Source: Halorhodospira halophila SL1 (GTDB lineage Bacteria; Pseudomonadota; Gammaproteobacteria; Nitrococcales; Halorhodospiraceae). From it: DNA of 32,000 nucleotides. Shown piece by piece: positions 9,079 to 18,878 of the stretch. The notes under the pieces are model-generated. The model was not told where the DNA came from, did no database searches, and worked only from the letters and a program-made list of their open reading frames with translations. A program made the position numbers and the translations under genes. The stretch lies in the NCBI RefSeq assembly GCF_000015585.1, contig NC_008789.1, positions 2,070,001 through 2,102,000 of the forward strand, read 5' to 3'. Position 1 is the stretch's first letter; each line of letters starts with the position of its first letter.

Positions 9079-10467
9079 TCAGAAGCGCAATTGAAAGCCC
9101 AGGTGTGCCATCGCGCTACGCGGGATCGATTCGCCGTCGTGTTCCAGGTCCTGATCCGCGACGGCCACGTCCAGGGTCACCGCACCCAGCCAGGTCAGGC
9201 CGGCAGTGGTGTAGCTCAGCTCCGAACCGCTCATATTCTCCCGGTAGCCCACGCGGAGATCGGGAACCCACTTCAGATACCACGGCATGCGGTAGGAGAG
9301 GCTGAACGCCAGCCACTGGTACTCATCGCCGCTGATATCCCGAACGGTATTCGCATCGTAACTGGCGGCCAGGACGAGCCGCTGGGCGGGATCGTGGAGA
9401 GCGCCTTCCAGAGTCACCTGCTCGTTGAGACGAAACGCCTCCTCGCGCGTAATCCGGTCTGAGAAATTGGCCGCCGTGAGGCAGTTGGCCTGGAGATCCG
9501 GGTCCGCTTCCCCGGAGCAATCGGTACCAACTGCCGGAAAGTCGAAGGTGGGTTCATTGATGTTCTTCCAGGCGCCGCCGGCACGGAAGAAACGGGTCTG
9601 GTACATAACACCCAGGTCGAGGCCAACCGCGCTGGAGGTCTCCTGCTGGCGGTCGATCTCATCCTCGACGATATCCCCGAAATCCCGGTTCGTATCCTCG
9701 GCAAGGGCGACCACCGCCTTGGAGAGTTCCGCCTGGTAATGGCTGACCCGAGCACCGACGAACAGCTCGCGCCCTCCCTCCCACTCTGCAACGCGCAGGC
9801 TCGGGGCTGCAGAGAGCCGGAGGATACCGCCGCCTTTCAGGTATGCCGCGGTATTGCTCTGGATTTGCTCGGTCTCGCGGACAAACCGCAACTCGTCATC
9901 GAGTATGCTGAACCCGAGGTGGCCCGTGGCTTCAGCGTCCAGAGCCACCGACCACCCGGAGCGGGCACTGCCAACAACCAGCGGGGCAAGCGGCGGACGG
10001 CCACCAAACTGGAGCTTCCCCCAACCGTCCTGCCCCAGCTGAGCGAGGACGCCCTCGGTACGTTCAATCAGGTCATCCGCCTCGCTCGGGCCCAGATCAT
10101 CCCGGTCAAGGATGTCGATGATGTCGTCGATTTCATCGACCAGCCCATCAACCGGCCCGAGTTCATAGCCCACGCCTACGCTGCCAAGCCCAAACTGGAC
10201 ACCGACCCGATCCGCTGCTGCCGCCCCTGCGGGGTTACCCGCAACCGTGTGCAGCGTCGCTGGGTGGGAGCCGTCGCCGAGGCCCATGCCGGGCGTCGTG
10301 ACCAATCCGGGCGCAGCGGAAACACTGGACGACACCGCCATGGTTAGCGCTGTAACGACACCGAGCGAGCACTGTTGGAGCCGGCGCGGAGTACCCCGCC
10401 CGGGGCGATCTGCGCAACTGGCCGCAGAGGACCGACTTCGGGCCCCCCGCTCTATTTGCATCGACAT
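9079..10467 (-). CDS. Outer-membrane beta-barrel protein (distant FadL/TraF-like, NPAG motif)
   Basis: 462 aa. Signal-like region ..GVVTALTMAVSSSVSAAPG followed by an AGNPAG motif. C-terminus HLGFQLRF ends in Phe, as OM barrels do. The exact start codon is uncertain (long basic N-region). Confidence 0.75.
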   Translation of the reverse strand: MSMQIERGARSRSSAASCADRPGRGTPRRLQQCSLGVVTALTMAVSSSVSAAPGLVTTPGMGLGDGSHPATLHTVAGNPAGAAAADRVGVQFGLGSVGVGYELGPVDGLVDEIDDIIDILDRDDLGPSEADDLIERTEGVLAQLGQDGWGKLQFGGRPPLAPLVVGSARSGWSVALDAEATGHLGFSILDDELRFVRETEQIQSNTAAYLKGGGILRLSAAPSLRVAEWEGGRELFVGARVSHYQAELSKAVVALAEDTNRDFGDIVEDEIDRQQETSSAVGLDLGVMYQTRFFRAGGAWKNINEPTFDFPAVGTDCSGEADPDLQANCLTAANFSDRITREEAFRLNEQVTLEGALHDPAQRLVLAASYDANTVRDISGDEYQWLAFSLSYRMPWYLKWVPDLRVGYRENMSGSELSYTTAGLTWLGAVTLDVAVADQDLEHDGESIPRSAMAHLGFQLRF

Positions 10468-10867
10468 GGAACATTGCCCCCCAGGAACGCTGAGACGTTA
10501 TTGCAACCGGTGTTGCAGGTCTGAGATGAGCGTACCCCAAAGGCCTCTCGCCAAGTAAGGCTTCACGTGGTGGGAGTCCAGATCGATGGACAGGTGCACG
10601 CTATAACCTCAGCTTCTTCCGAAGTCCCTCCAGTGGGTTAGCCCTAAGGGCGGGATGCACGAGCACCCAGCCCGCGACAACGAACCGCATCACACCCTGG
10701 GGACACGGGACACACCGATGGGTATTCGGTTACCCCCAACGCGATAGATTCCAGGCTCAGCGCCTTGCCGGAGCCGCGGCGATAGCCCCCCCCTGACGGC
10801 AGCGTGCTACTTTCCGTAACATAACGAGCGCGCTGCACGCGCAGGCGCCATCTGGAGGGAATCCCCG

Positions 10868-11059
10868 TTGCGTTATGGACCCGGACCTGCCGCCGGCAGC
10901 GTGGCGCTGTTCTTGTTGGTGCTCTTCCTGCTGGCCACGCCGTTCACCGACTGGTGGATGGAGGCCCGGCCGCCGTGGTACGTCCCGTACCTCGGCTGGG
11001 CGGTGGTGATCGCATTGGGTGGCTGGTTGATCGAACGGGGAACCGGGCGTGACCTTTGA
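10868..11059 (+). CDS. Small 2-TM membrane protein preceding the SSS-kinase (CbrX-like position)
   Basis: TTG start in the ORF track; an in-frame GTG at 10901 is an alternative. Two hydrophobic helices (ALFLLVLFLLATPF and WAVVIALGGWLI). Its stop (11057-11059) overlaps the kinase GTG start at 11049 by 11 nt. A similar ORF precedes the second SSS-kinase. Confidence 0.45.
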   Translation: MRYGPGPAAGSVALFLLVLFLLATPFTDWWMEARPPWYVPYLGWAVVIALGGWLIERGTGRDL

Positions 11060-14006
11060 CCTGCTCACCCTCTTCCTGGTGGGCGTCGTCTACCTGGGGC
11101 TGCTCTTCGTCATCGCCTTCGCCGTGGACCGGCGCTGGTTCCCGCGCAGCGTGGTCCGCCATCCGGTCTTCTATGTCTTCGCTCTGGGGGTCTACGCCAC
11201 CACCTGGAGCTACTACGGCTCGGTAGGCTTCGCCGACGAAAACGGCCTGATCTTTGCCACCATCTACCTGGGCGTCACCGCGGCCTTCCTGCTCACGCCG
11301 GTGCTCCTCGCCCCCCTGCTGCGCCTGACCAGCAACCAACAGCTGACCTCGGTGGCCGACGTCTTCGCCTTCCGCTTCTCCAGCCAGTTCGCCGGCATTC
11401 TGGTCACCGCCATCATGCTCGCCGGCATCCTGCCGTACATCGCCCTGCAGATCCGCGCCGTGGCCGAGTCGACCCTGGTCCTGACCGGCGGGGGCCACGA
11501 TCCTCGGCCGCTGGCCCTGGCCTTCTGCCTGATCGTGACGGTGTTCGCCATCATCTTCGGTGCCCGGCACGTCACCCCGCGGGTCAAGCACACCGGGCTG
11601 GTCGTCGCTATCGGCCTGGAGAGCCTGGTCAAACTGGGTGCCCTGCTGATGGTGGCCTGGGTCGCCGTCGACCTAGCCTTCGACGGCCCGGCGGGGCTGT
11701 CGGCGTGGCTCAGCGAGAACCCGCAACAGCTGGACGACTTCTACCAGCCGGCGCTGGAGGGCCCGTGGCTCAGCCTGCTGACCCTGACCTTCGCCGCCGC
11801 CTTCCTGCTGCCACGCCAGTTCCACATCCTGTTCACCGAGAACCTCTCGCCGCGCAGCCTCACCCGGGCCAGCTGGGCCTTCCCGCTGATCCTCCTGCTG
11901 CTGGCCCTGGCCGTCCCGCCGATCCTCTGGTCCGGCACGGCGCTGAACACGGACACCGCCCCGGAGTACTACGTGCTGGGACTGGCGGCCCTGTCCGGCT
12001 CGGAGCCGCTGACCCTGCTGGTCTATCTGGGCGGCATCTCGGCGGCGACAGCGATGATTGTCGTCTCGACCCTGGCGCTGTCGTCGATGACGCTCAACCA
12101 CCTGGTGATGCCGCTGATCAAGTCGCTGCCGCACCAGGAGCCGGACCTTTACGCCACGCTGCGCTGGACCCGGCGATTCCTGATCACCATGCTCATCGTC
12201 TTCGGGTTCACCTTCTACGAGCTGCTCGACCGCACCGAGGGCCTGGTTGAGTGGGGGCTGATGTCCTTCCTGGCCATGGCCCAGTTTCTGCCCGGGATCA
12301 TCGGCGTCCTCTACTGGCAGCGCGCCACCGTCTACGGCTTTGTGGCGGGCCTGCTCGGCGGCTCGCTGATCTGGCTGGACACCATCCTGCTGCCGGCGCT
12401 GGCCGGCACCGAGCCGTTCTTCCTGCTCGGCTTCCCCCAGGCCCGGGAGAGCGCGACCGAAATCTACGGCATCGCCACCTTCTGGTCCCTGGCCCTGAAC
12501 GGCCTGCTGTTCGTCGGGGTCTCGCTGTTCACCCCCCAGCGCTCCGCGGAGCGGCAGGCCGCCGAGGTCTGTCGGGATCAGACGGCAGCCATCGCGCCGG
12601 GGACGCTGCAGGCCGCCTCGCCGTCGCAGTTCGTGATCCAGCTGGCGCCGGTCACCGGTGAAGAGGCGGCCCGCCAGGAGGTGGACAAGGCCCTGCACGA
12701 CCTGGGGCTGGCCTGGAGCGAGAACCGTCCCGACCAGCTCCGCGCCCTGCGCGATCAGGTCGAGCGCAATCTCTCCGGCATGATGGGACCGATGCTCGCG
12801 CGCATGATCGTCGACAAGCGGCTGCAGCTCGACCGCACGGCCCGTACCGCGCTGGCCCACAACATCCGCCAGATCGAGGAGCGCCTGGAGTCCTCGCGCA
12901 ACCGCTTCCGGGGCCTCGCCGCGGAACTCGACCGGCTGCGCCGCTACCACCGCCAGATCCTCGAGGACCTCCCCCTGGGCGTCGTGGCGGTGACCGCCCA
13001 CGGCCGCGTGGTGCGCTGGAACACCGCCATGCAGGGCCTGTCCGGGATCTCGGCGAACACCGCGCTGGGCTCGCGGATCTGTGACCTCCATCCCCCGTGG
13101 GATCAGCTGCTGAACCGGTTCCTGACCATCGAGCAACCGCAGCACCAGGAGCAGTTCCCGCAGCCCGGCGGCGAGCAGCGCTGGCTGTCGCTGCACAAGA
13201 CGTGCATCCGCGAGTCCGGCCGCGGCCGGACCGGCGACACCCTGATGATCATCGAGGACATCACCCACATCCGCCGCCTGGAGCGCGAGCTGGCCCACAG
13301 CGAACGACTGGCCTCCATCGGCCGCCTGGCTGCGGGCGTGGCCCACGAGATCGGCAACCCGGTCACCGGCATCGACTCCCTGGCGCAGAACCTGCGCCAC
13401 GAGTCCGATCCACAGCTCCTGCGCGAGAGCGTCGACGAGATCCTGGAACAGACGCGGCGGATCAATAACATCGTGCAGACGCTGATCGGCTACGCCCACG
13501 CCGGCAACACCGACGAGCGCACGCCGGACCCGGTGCCGCTCAGCGAGACCGTCGAGGAGGCGCGCCGGCTGGTCCAGTTAAGCAAGCGTGGTCAGGACCT
13601 GGAGATCGACAACCAGCTCTGGCCCGAACTCCAGGTCCGCGGTGATCGGCAACGGCTGGCCCAGGTCTTCGTCAACCTCTTCTCGAACACCGCCGATGCC
13701 TGCGGCCCCGGCGGACGGATCGCGATCTCGGCCCGCCGCTACGGCGATCGCGTGCAGATCCGGGTGGTGGACAACGGCCCGGGCATCCCGGCCGAGCTGG
13801 TCGACAAGGTGATGGAGCCGTTCTACACCACCAAGCCGGTGGGCCAGGGCACCGGACTCGGGCTGCCGCTGGTCTACAACATCGTCAGTGAACAGGGGGG
13901 CGAGTTTTCGATCACGGCCGACAACGGGGGCACCACAGCCTGGATCACCCTGCCGGTACTCGACCCCGCGCCGCCGACCGAGCGCGCCGAGAGCAAGGAG
14001 GAGTAA
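11049..14006 (+). CDS. SSS(SLC5)-STAC-PAS sensor histidine kinase, CbrA-like
   Basis: 985 aa. A ~500-aa polytopic sodium:solute-symporter-like N-domain is followed by a STAC-like linker (..LRDQVERNLSGMMGPMLARMIVDKRL) and a PAS domain (LPLGVVAVTAHGRVVRWNTAMQGLSG). H-box is LAAGVAHEIGNP. ATPase boxes are NLFSNTADAC, DNGPGIP and GTGLGLPLV. Confidence 0.9.
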   Translation: MTFDLLTLFLVGVVYLGLLFVIAFAVDRRWFPRSVVRHPVFYVFALGVYATTWSYYGSVGFADENGLIFATIYLGVTAAFLLTPVLLAPLLRLTSNQQLTSVADVFAFRFSSQFAGILVTAIMLAGILPYIALQIRAVAESTLVLTGGGHDPRPLALAFCLIVTVFAIIFGARHVTPRVKHTGLVVAIGLESLVKLGALLMVAWVAVDLAFDGPAGLSAWLSENPQQLDDFYQPALEGPWLSLLTLTFAAAFLLPRQFHILFTENLSPRSLTRASWAFPLILLLLALAVPPILWSGTALNTDTAPEYYVLGLAALSGSEPLTLLVYLGGISAATAMIVVSTLALSSMTLNHLVMPLIKSLPHQEPDLYATLRWTRRFLITMLIVFGFTFYELLDRTEGLVEWGLMSFLAMAQFLPGIIGVLYWQRATVYGFVAGLLGGSLIWLDTILLPALAGTEPFFLLGFPQARESATEIYGIATFWSLALNGLLFVGVSLFTPQRSAERQAAEVCRDQTAAIAPGTLQAASPSQFVIQLAPVTGEEAARQEVDKALHDLGLAWSENRPDQLRALRDQVERNLSGMMGPMLARMIVDKRLQLDRTARTALAHNIRQIEERLESSRNRFRGLAAELDRLRRYHRQILEDLPLGVVAVTAHGRVVRWNTAMQGLSGISANTALGSRICDLHPPWDQLLNRFLTIEQPQHQEQFPQPGGEQRWLSLHKTCIRESGRGRTGDTLMIIEDITHIRRLERELAHSERLASIGRLAAGVAHEIGNPVTGIDSLAQNLRHESDPQLLRESVDEILEQTRRINNIVQTLIGYAHAGNTDERTPDPVPLSETVEEARRLVQLSKRGQDLEIDNQLWPELQVRGDRQRLAQVFVNLFSNTADACGPGGRIAISARRYGDRVQIRVVDNGPGIPAELVDKVMEPFYTTKPVGQGTGLGLPLVYNIVSEQGGEFSITADNGGTTAWITLPVLDPAPPTERAESKEE

Positions 14007-14011
14007 CCCCA

Positions 14012-15382
14012 ATGGCCGACCTGCTGCTACTCGAGGACGAAGCCGTTATCCGCAAGGCCTTGGACCGGCTGCTGAGCCGTCACGGGTACAGCGTCCACCA
14101 GGCCGACTCCCTGGAGCAGGCCCAAGAGCGCTGGAACCTGGACGCCTTCGACCTGATCCTCGCGGATATGCGGCTGCCCGGCGAGCCCGGCACCGAGGCC
14201 ATCGGGCGCACCGCAGCGCCGGTGATCATCATGACCAGCTACGCCAGCGTGCAGTCGGCGGTGGAGGCGATGCGCCAGGGGGCAGCCGACTACATCGCCA
14301 AGCCCTTTGACCACGACGAACTGTTGCTGCTCGTCGAACGCACCCTCAAGGAGGGCCGCCTGCAGCGGCAGAATGCGGCGCTGAAGGCCCATATCGAGCG
14401 CGATTACCCGGTCACCGGGATTGTCGGCAACTGCGAGGCGATGCAGAAGGTCTTCGAGCGCATCCGCAAGGTCGCCCCGACCGACACCTCGGTCCTGATC
14501 CTGGGCGAATCGGGCACCGGCAAGGAGCTGGTGGCCCGGGCGTTACACGAGCAAAGCGAGCGCCACGAGGGTCCGCTGGTGGCGGTCAACTGCGCGGCGA
14601 TCCCCGACGGGCTGATCGAGGCGGAGCTCTTCGGCCATGAGCGGGGCGCATTCACCGGGGCCGTGGGCGCCCGCGCCGGGCTGGTGGAATCCGCCGACGG
14701 CGGCACCCTGTTCCTTGACGAGATCGGCGAACTGCCTCAGCAGGCGCAGGGGCGACTGCTGCGCGTGCTGCAGGAGGGGGAGATCCGGCGCATCGGTTCG
14801 ACCCACGCCCGACGGGTCAACATCCGCCTGGTGGCCGCCACCCACCGCGACCTCAAGAGCCTCGCCAGCGCCGGTGAGTTCCGCGAGGATCTGTTCTTCC
14901 GCATCAACGTCATGGAGATCCGCCTGCCCCCGGTCCGCGAACGCGAGGCGGACATCCCGGAACTCGCGCGCTTCCTGCTCGAAAAGGCGTGCCAAAGGCT
15001 CAACCGCGCACCCCTGGAGCTCTCCCGGGCGGCCATCGACGCCATGACGGCCTACCCGTGGCCCGGCAACGTGCGCGAGATGGAGAACACCATCGAGCGG
15101 GCCGTAATCCTCAGCGAGGGCAGCACCATCTCTCCGGACATGCTGGGCCTGCCGGCCGGCGAAAGCGCCCCGTCCGGCACCACGAGCGGCCCCACCGCCG
15201 AGGCCGACGCAGGCCCGCGTCAGGACCTGTCCCTGGAGGACTATTTCCGCCAGTATGTGCTTACCCATCAGGACCACATGACGGAGACCGCCCTGGCCCG
15301 TGGGCTGGGCATCAGCCGCAAGGCGCTGTGGGAGAAACGGCAGCGCCACGGGATCCCGCGGCCGGGTAACAACCGGACCTAA
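14012..15382 (+). CDS. NtrC-family sigma54-dependent response regulator, CbrB-like
   Basis: 456 aa. Receiver domain (LILADMRLPG, IIMTSY, IAKPF). AAA+ domain with Walker A GESGTGKE and the sigma54-contact motif GAFTGA. C-terminal Fis-type HTH (LARGLGISRKALWEKRQRHGI). Starts 5 nt after the kinase stop. Confidence 0.92.
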   Translation: MADLLLLEDEAVIRKALDRLLSRHGYSVHQADSLEQAQERWNLDAFDLILADMRLPGEPGTEAIGRTAAPVIIMTSYASVQSAVEAMRQGAADYIAKPFDHDELLLLVERTLKEGRLQRQNAALKAHIERDYPVTGIVGNCEAMQKVFERIRKVAPTDTSVLILGESGTGKELVARALHEQSERHEGPLVAVNCAAIPDGLIEAELFGHERGAFTGAVGARAGLVESADGGTLFLDEIGELPQQAQGRLLRVLQEGEIRRIGSTHARRVNIRLVAATHRDLKSLASAGEFREDLFFRINVMEIRLPPVREREADIPELARFLLEKACQRLNRAPLELSRAAIDAMTAYPWPGNVREMENTIERAVILSEGSTISPDMLGLPAGESAPSGTTSGPTAEADAGPRQDLSLEDYFRQYVLTHQDHMTETALARGLGISRKALWEKRQRHGIPRPGNNRT

Positions 15383-15435
15383 CGTGTTACCTTTCGACAC
15401 ACCTGGAAGCGACGGGACGTGCAACCTCGTAACAC
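15364..15435. promoter_or_regulatory. Cluster of TGTTACC/GGTAACA half-sites upstream of acs (candidate enhancer-binding-protein sites)
   Basis: GGTAACA at 15365-15371, TGTTACC at 15385-15391, GTAACAC at 15429-15435. GTGTTAC (15384-15390) and GTAACAC form a 7-bp inverted repeat with a 38-nt spacer. The same heptamer recurs at 21329-21370. Confidence 0.4.
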
Positions 15436-15549
15436 TCTGCTCTGCTATCCTCCCCGCGTGACCGGAGCGCCGGAGCGCGGGCACTTACGGCCGGGTCGTC
15501 GCCAGGAGACGGCCCGCTTGACCGATCAGAAATCCGGGAGGAGAGAACG

Positions 15550-17487
<1,938 letters not shown>

Positions 17488-17496
17488 ACGGGGTAC

Positions 17497-17524
17497 GGAC
17501 GAGGCCGGGAGACCGGCCTCGTCC
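17497..17524 (+). terminator. Stem-loop immediately downstream of acs
   Basis: GGACGAGGCCGG-gaga-CCGGCCTCGTCC is a perfect 12-bp GC-rich stem, 10 nt after the acs stop. There is no clean U-tract (the following sequence is cccggatgtgcgtttcc). Confidence 0.6.
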
Positions 17525-17623
17525 CCCGGATGTGCGTTTCCGCATCGCGTGTTTGAGGGTTCAGGGTTCGGTCGATGGGCATTCGACCCCCTGTGTACGG
17601 ATCACCGACAACCAGAGAGCCTC

Positions 17624-17818
17624 ATGTCACCCTGGATCTATTTCCTCGTCACATTGGCGATTGCCTGGCACGGGCTGACCTACAAGGACCCGGAAGGCGA
17701 TCACCCGACGGTGCACCTGCTTTTCGGCTGCATCGCGCTGATCTTCGCGATGCGCTTTCTCTTCGTGGACATCCTGGGGCTGCCGATCCTCGGCGTCGCA
17801 CCGCTGGACGCGGGCTGA
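17624..17818 (+). CDS. Possible small (64 aa) 2-TM membrane protein
   Basis: Internal ATG of listed ORF 17549..17818. MSPWIYFLVTLAIAWHGL..HLLFGCIALIFAMRFLFVDILGLPILG is hydrophobic. The RBS is weak and there is no recognisable family. Confidence 0.35.
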   Translation: MSPWIYFLVTLAIAWHGLTYKDPEGDHPTVHLLFGCIALIFAMRFLFVDILGLPILGVAPLDAG

Positions 17819-17881
17819 GCTGAGCTCCGGGGGCCACGGACCATCCCACAGGCCGCTTGTCTGCCCTTGCAATGAGGGTAA

Positions 17882-17899
17882 GCGGGGTGAACACCCCGC
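17882..17899. terminator. Short GC hairpin between convergent genes
   Basis: GCGGGGT-gaac-ACCCCGC is a 7-bp stem. It lies 64 nt after the stop of the + small ORF and 49 nt after the stop of the - TPR gene. Confidence 0.3.
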
Positions 17900-17947
17900 C
17901 CGGCGGGATCCGCAGCGGTCAAGACCGCACCAAGACGACGCCCTCGC

Positions 17948-18547
17948 CTAATCGGGGCGCTGGGTGTAGGCCCTCTGCTGGCTGTCTTTTTCCGGGTCGG
18001 AGAGCTTACGCTCATCTTCCGGCAGCGCCAGCTGCTCCTCGAGGTAGTCAGCGCGTTCCGAGATGCTCGGCTGGCCGTCCGGTCCCATGTGGAAGAAGCG
18101 GGTCAACCACCCCGGGCCGTCATCCACCGCCTCGTCCAGTTCCGCCGCCTTACGGTAGTCCGCAAGCGCCTGCTCGTGTTCACCGAGCCGGTCGTAGGCG
18201 ATCCCGCGGTTGGCGTAGGCGCCGGCGAACTCCGGATCGATCAGTTCGATGAACCGGTCGTACACGTGGATGGCGCGTTCCAGCTCGCCTAGCTCAAGCA
18301 GCGTCGTGGCCTTGCCCAGGTGAGCGTAACGGTGCTCCGGCGCCTCCTCCAGCGCCCGGGTGTACTGCTCCAGGGCGCGATCGTAGCGCCGATCCTGGAG
18401 GGCGCGATCGCCGGCGATGGTCTTGACATCGCCCGGCCCCCGATCCGGTGCCACCCCCTGATACAGGGCGTAGCCCAGCGGCAGGAGCGCCGCCACGATG
18501 GCGATGGCCACCCAGGTCCGGTACCCCCGCTCGGTAATCTTGATCAT
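17948..18547 (-). CDS. Membrane-anchored TPR-repeat protein
   Basis: 199 aa with an N-terminal TM (WVAIAIVAALLPLGYALY). TPR-like repeats: YDRALEQYTRALEEAPEH.., AIHVYDRFIELIDPEFAGAYANRGIAYDRLGEHEQALADYRKAAELD. ATGA overlap with the upstream small gene (18544-18547). Confidence 0.8.
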   Translation of the reverse strand: MIKITERGYRTWVAIAIVAALLPLGYALYQGVAPDRGPGDVKTIAGDRALQDRRYDRALEQYTRALEEAPEHRYAHLGKATTLLELGELERAIHVYDRFIELIDPEFAGAYANRGIAYDRLGEHEQALADYRKAAELDEAVDDGPGWLTRFFHMGPDGQPSISERADYLEEQLALPEDERKLSDPEKDSQQRAYTQRPD

Positions 18548-18780
18548 TGCAACACACCTAACGTTGCCGAATTCAGGAAGAAAGAGAACACCGGCAGGAT
18601 GACGGTGGCCAGCACACGGGCCCGCCGTTTCTGCCCGGCCAGTTCCTCTTCAGACAACTCCCGGTCCAGTTTCCGCTGCAGCCGCCGCACGCTCAACACC
18701 CAGATCCACTGACTGACCGGATAGAAGAGAATGACGACCAGCAGAACGACCCAGAACAGGAATTGGGTTGTGGGATCCAT
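18544..18780 (-). CDS. Small (78 aa) 2-TM membrane protein
   Basis: MDPTTQFLFWVVLLVVILFYPVSQWIWVLSV, then a charged linker, then VLATVILPVFSFFL. Translationally coupled to the TPR gene and sits downstream of the symporter. Confidence 0.6.
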   Translation of the reverse strand: MDPTTQFLFWVVLLVVILFYPVSQWIWVLSVRRLQRKLDRELSEEELAGQKRRARVLATVILPVFSFFLNSATLGVLQ

Positions 18781-18815
18781 ATCGCTCGCTCGAATGAAAC
18801 CGCTTGAAGGGAGGG

Positions 18816-18844
18816 GCGCAGGGGGCCGGAACGACCCCCTGCGC
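18816..18844 (-). terminator. Intercistronic stem-loop between the symporter and the small membrane gene
   Basis: GCGCAGGGGG-ccggaacga-CCCCCTGCGC is a perfect 10-bp stem, 35 nt downstream of the symporter stop (18879). No U-tract, so it could be a partial terminator or an RNA processing/stability element. Confidence 0.35.
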
Positions 18845-18878
18845 TACCCGGTTGCAGTGGTCGATGACCACCGACCCG

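Noticed and set aside
10644-11068. Minus-strand ORFs 10644-10838 (64 aa) and 10757-11068 (103 aa) in the 400-nt intergenic region
   Set aside because: They have Arg/Gly-rich composition, no RBS and no motifs. The second overlaps the better-supported + strand mini-ORF/kinase start. The region more likely holds the divergent promoters.
11673-13499. 608-aa - strand ORF inside the first SSS-kinase gene. Similar long antisense ORFs occur at 15526-17196 (-), 19194-20999 (+), 27044-28228 (-), 14543-15484 (-), 25367-26017 (-), 4935-6107 (+), 2645-3760 (+) and 76-756 (+).
   Set aside because: All have low-complexity R/G/A/P/Q/D composition and no domain signatures. Each is fully overlapped by an opposite-strand gene with strong family motifs, so they are high-GC antisense artefacts.
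15479-15493. GGGCAC-ttacg-GCCG as a sigma54 promoter for acs
   Set aside because: The -24 box is good, but the GC dinucleotide is 2 nt closer than the invariant GG-N10-GC spacing. I kept it only as a note within the acs-leader finding.
15383-15549. A CrcZ/CrcY-type sRNA downstream of the cbrB-like gene, as in Pseudomonas
   Set aside because: The 167-nt spacer is G+C-rich and lacks the repeated A-rich (AANAANAA-type) Hfq/Crc-binding motifs. It runs straight into the acs RBS, and no terminator precedes acs.
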